A stretch of 64,000 bases of DNA from Ginglymostoma cirratum. Taxonomy: Eukaryota. This document shows positions 59,591-64,000 of the stretch, in pieces. Every line of letters starts with the position of its first letter. The first letter of the stretch is position 1. A model generated the notes under the pieces. That model saw only the letters and a program-made list of their open reading frames with translations, did not search any database and was not told the DNA's origin. The stretch covers positions 10,356,203 through 10,420,202 of the forward strand of contig JAHRHZ010000095.1 in the NCBI GenBank assembly GCA_024137785.1, written 5' to 3'. Made by a program: the position numbers and the translations under genes.

Positions 59591-62500
59591 CTCCAAATAC
59601 CACTTGCCTTCCTAATTCCTTGCTGTACTTGCATGTTTGCTTTCAGTGACAGATGTACACAGGCACCCAAATCCTTTTGCACCTCAAATTTTTCCAATTA
59701 ATCTCAATTTAAATAATGCTGTTTTTATATTCTCAGTACTCTCAATCCTATCTAGTTTTGTGTTATCAGCAGACTTAGAAGTAATACATGTCATTCCCAC
59801 ATTCCAAATCATTGGTATATTTTCTATGAATTGCTGAGGTCCAGTTGCGAGCATATTACCCCAATTTCATGCTTTGATTTTGGTTTTGATTTTCTGATGT
59901 GGGACTCTTATCAAAAACTTTCTGAAAATCCAATTAAGCAACATACCCATGTATTCTTCCAGGTATGTCCTCGATATGTTCGAGTAGGCTTGTCAGAAAT
60001 GTTTCCATTTTCGTGAATCTGTGTCCACTTTGCTTAATCTGGTATTTTCTAATTGTCCTGTTATCACATTCTTTTATCACAGACACTCCAGTATTTTTCC
60101 TGCTACTAATGGTGAGGCTGATATTAGGCTTATCTCTGCCAATCTTCTAGATCTGGCTCTACATCCTCTCCAATGGTCTGATGTCCTTCCTGAAGTGTGG
60201 TGATTAGAGTTGGCCACAGTATTACAATTGAGGACTAACCAAACATTAATGAAGGTTTAGCACCAAATTTCCCATTTTTAAACATGGCACCCAGGATCCT
60301 GGGTGTTATTTATTAATATGTTGTATTAATGATGAATATTTGATTGAATCTTTCAGTTAGCAAGGCTCCTACTGTGAAGTAGCTTTCTTTGGCCATCACT
60401 ACATTTTGGCACCTTCCCAGTTGCTAACTCAGTGTCGCAGGCTTGCGTCATTGTTGTGGAGTTTGACGGCTGCCAGCTGGGTGGCAGGAAGCCCGTGTTT
60501 GTTGCAATAGGGCACTCTGACGTTCTGCCACCTGGAATGCCAGCTTCACCAGCACAAAGCCTGTTCCCCAGAAAACGTGACCTGGCATGTGTGGCGCTCA
60601 AGCTGTTGGTTCAGACTTATTCCTCTCGGTCTGTTCTCTGCTGCTGCTGGTAAATTTAACTGCACAAGTTCTGAGGACTCTGAGATTTAAATGGTTTCTG
60701 TACACTGTAATGCACTACAAAAAACGTGCTGCACTGTCAGAGGTGCTTGAGAAGAGATGTTAAACAAAGGCCCCATGTCCCTAATCAGGTGATCTTGAGG
60801 CTATTTTAAACAAAGGCCACAGTTGACTAATATTTACCTTCAATCTACATCACAAAAAAATCCGAGATTATCTGGTCATTACCACTTTACAGTTTGTGAG
60901 AGTTTGATCAACACAAATTAATGGTTACTTTTCCCACATCACAATAGCCAGGCATTAAAAATATGACTTGAATATAGAGCACTTTGAAATATCTGATGGC
61001 TGTGAAAAGTGCTATAAAAATGCAAATATTTCTTGCTCTATGCAACTAGTGTTGCAGTGCAAGTTGTAAGAGATCAATTATTATGGGCTCTATATTCTAG
61101 AGTGTAATCAGCACAATCAAACAGCAATTATAGCTAGGAGTACAATCCCTTAAAAGGGTTGCCTCCCTGTCAAAGTATTACAGGAATTCTTTTAATTTCC
61201 TCTCTCCGTTGTTTGGCTTCTGAAAGCATCCAGCTGCAATGGTGTAGGATTCCACAGGTACGCTTTGACTTCTTATCCCTCAAGATGGAGCCTACTTTCA
61301 CATGTGAGAACCTGGTTTGAGAGTGTCTTGTGGACTATTCAGCACCGGCAAGCAGCATATCAGAGTCCAGTTTTGTCAGTTCCTGTACATTTGTGATGCA
61401 GAAATTGGTGGGCCTTGATTGAGCCACACATTTTTGATTTGGAACAGTAAATTGACTGAGGATGTAAATGTACTGGGCAGGCTGTGACTGCATTTGTAAA
61501 AGTCTACTTTAAGAAATATCTGCAGTACCAGCTGCAAAAGTTGCTGTCACTCTTCATAAGGAGACCTCAACAGTTCCCACCCCCTGGTGGATATAATTTC
61601 TGCTCTTTCAGCGCTCCTACATTAACTGTGCTGTTGTTATCGAAGTGTGTGGCACTATTCAGTTAAGGTAATCATTTCTCCACTAATCAGCTCTTACTGA
61701 GCCTGCATGACCCACGACCATGCTGAGCATGTGGAAAGGGAGCACAGCTTTCTGCAACTCCATTGTCCTGATGTCTGACTCCCTCGCCAGATTCTATGCG
61801 TCACTGGTGTTTTCAGCTCCTTGAGCTCCTGTGGTTTGAAATTGCCCAAGTTCTGTGATCTTCCTGAATTAATGAACTTACAGCAAGAATTCAGACACTT
61901 GGCTCAGTGCAGCTGTTGCAGAGGGTTTCAGGAGGGCAGGTGTTTACAAGGGAAAGCCAGGGAAGGGAGCATTGTGACAAGACCACATCTCTTTCGTCCC
62001 CTGTGGTTTCTCAAAAAAAAAAATTCCACCCCCTTGCTGTGGTACATCCAGGTTAAACCTCAAACTATTTGCTTTGCAGAGGAACCATCTTTTATTGTAA
62101 CTCAGTAGTTTTAGTTAGTCCAATGCATGTCTGATAGTGACAAGGGAGGTGGGCTATATTTAACTGCATCCTTTTGTTCCACACTGCTGATGCTAGAGGG
62201 GCTCTCCATTTAAATAGAGTGCTGTCTTACCAGGAGAAGATCAGAGGCTCAAGCTCCACGGCTAATGTGCCATGCCCTGATAGAGCAGGTATTATTCTTA
62301 TCTTGGCCAACACCACCTGCCCTCTAGTATATGTGAAACCCCAGAATTGACATTCATTCTAGACACTCTGCGGAATATATCGGATAAGGACTCTGGCTTG
62401 TTCTGCTTCTGGCATTGCAAGCTCACTGAATACAGAGTATTTTATAATTAACCATCCTAGCTAATTACCAGGAGACATCACAGCTTTGATTTGTCAGCTT

Positions 62501-62714
62501 GCTTTGCCACTGATGTACTGAAAACAGTTGTTGTTGCAATTATACCTTACCTCTCCTGCTGGAAGGAAGCCAGATATCCTTAACTCCTTTTCTTGCCTTC
62601 TACTAAAATGATTTTGTCATTAAATTCAAGTTACCTCCCCACTACTGCCACCATCACCAGCTGTACAGAATCAAGCTATTCAGCCCCTTTCACATAAGGT
62701 TATCCCCTAATGCA

Positions 62715-63075
62715 TTGGAACATAGGAACAGGTGTAGGCTATTCGGTCCATCAAGTCTGTTTTAACATTTAATAAGATCATGGCTGATCACTTCACTGCC
62801 TTTTACCCACACTTTTCTCATGACATTGGTAATCAGTAATCGATCAATCTCTACTTCAAATATACTCGGGCTGAGCTTCCACAGTCATCTGTGAGAAGAA
62901 ATTCCAAAGGTTCATACCCCTCTGATTAAAAATTAAAATCTTGTCTTGGGCCTAAATGACATCGCCCTTATTTTTAAATTGAGCCCCTAGTTCTGGTCTC
63001 CCCATCCAGAAAGAATATCTTACCTGCAGCTACCCTGTCTGCTTCTTCAAATATTTCGTAGGTTTCAGTGAGATC
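62715..63075 (-). mobile_element. CR1 LINE 3' fragment
   Basis: gaacataggaacaggtgtaggctattcgg..aataagatcatggctgatc..ccctagttctggtctccc. Confidence 0.7.
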
Positions 63076-63499
63076 TTGGGGATCTGATCTGATCTGATCT
63101 TGCCCTAACTTCTGCTTCCCTACCAGCTTCCATAATCTTTGCCTCCACTGTTGTTCAAGACCTCTTTGTCCTCTAACAGAGTCTTTTCCTTATAAATCAA
63201 TTCTGAGTCCAGTAAATGGATGACAAATGCTAGGGGCAAGAAAACAGTCATCAGTAACTACCGATATATATGCTTGTGCCAGTGGTCAAAAGAATTTTTC
63301 TTTTTCAAGGGCTACTCTCAAAATTTTTTTGAGGACTACTTTGTTGATTTATATCGCCATGTAAGTATAGTAGCTCCTGAACTTACGCCACCTTAAACTT
63401 GAGATTCCACATTCATGTGGAAGGAATTAGTTACCTCAGTGATTTAAAAGTTTGCCTTTGATCTCATTGACTGAGTATTTCATTGTTGCTAAATGTAAA

Positions 63500-63750
63500 A
63501 CCATTCTCTCTCCTTTGCAACCTTCCTGTCCCCCCCACACCTCCCTTGCAGCCTCTTTCTCCCCTTCACTTTTTGCAGTCTCCTCCTTCCCTGCGCCTCT
63601 TTCAATTTCCTTCTCCCTGTCACCTCTTGTTGCCTCTCTCTCTCCCCAACCCATCTTGACACCTATTTCTCTCCTCCCTTCTACCCTTTGCAGCATTCAT
63701 TTTCACCTTCTCACACCAACAGCCTTCTCATAGTCTCTTTCTCCCTTCCC
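63500..63750. repeat. Pyrimidine-rich low-complexity tract
   Basis: C/T dominated, no consistent period. Confidence 0.7.
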
Positions 63751-64000
63751 AAAGCCACAGAGAACTGTATTCTGCTCCTGACCCCAGGCCCTCTCCTGAC
63801 TGATGACTTCACTCCAGATCCAGCAAGAGGCCTCTTGCTACCAGCCTTGGCAAAAGGCCACCCTAACAACAGTAATCCGATCCAAGCCAAAGATGGCTTT
63901 TGGCATCCCCGCCTGCTCTCTGCTCTCAGCCCTTAGTGATTTCCTCACTGCCAGTACTGACTTGCCGAGCAGTTAATGCTCCTCAATTTATAGACTGATT

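Noticed and set aside
60441-60653. cag|GCT TGC GTC (ACVIVV...) as MYBBP1A exon 24
   Set aside because: Only the first residues resemble the expected (Q)AC; no pyrimidine tract and the rest is dissimilar, so the next exon is probably beyond the window
1-64000. Prokaryotic-type systems (CRISPR arrays, operons, retrons), tRNA or rRNA genes
   Set aside because: No regularly spaced repeat-spacer array or cloverleaf seen; tRNA-like A/B boxes occur only as SINE heads

Overview
Vertebrate nuclear DNA, most likely from a cartilaginous fish (shark-type repeat landscape: CR1, L2, Rex1/Babar, HE1-like SINEs, Penelope-like remnants). The whole window lies inside one + strand gene, MYBBP1A (Myb-binding protein 1A, Pol5 family). 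I traced 22 consecutive GT-AG coding exons (2011..57741; 2985 nt, 995 codons, phases all compatible), equivalent to human exons 2-23. Exon 1 and the 3' exons are not visible. The introns are full of retroelements, including a 3.5 kb 5'-truncated CR1 (SGNH esterase ORF1 plus a disrupted APE-RT ORF2). Two observations stand out. (1) A family of short Penelope-like terminal repeats carries a minimal hammerhead-ribozyme core (CUGAUGA-stem-GAAACGUC). It recurs about a dozen times, often as head-to-head inverted pairs with 11-16 bp target-site duplications, and one pair encloses a CR1 fragment. (2) A U UUA AAC slippery heptamer with a possible pseudoknot sits exactly at the CR1 ORF1/ORF2 junction. 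Family names come from motif recognition, not database searches. Repeat boundaries are approximate.
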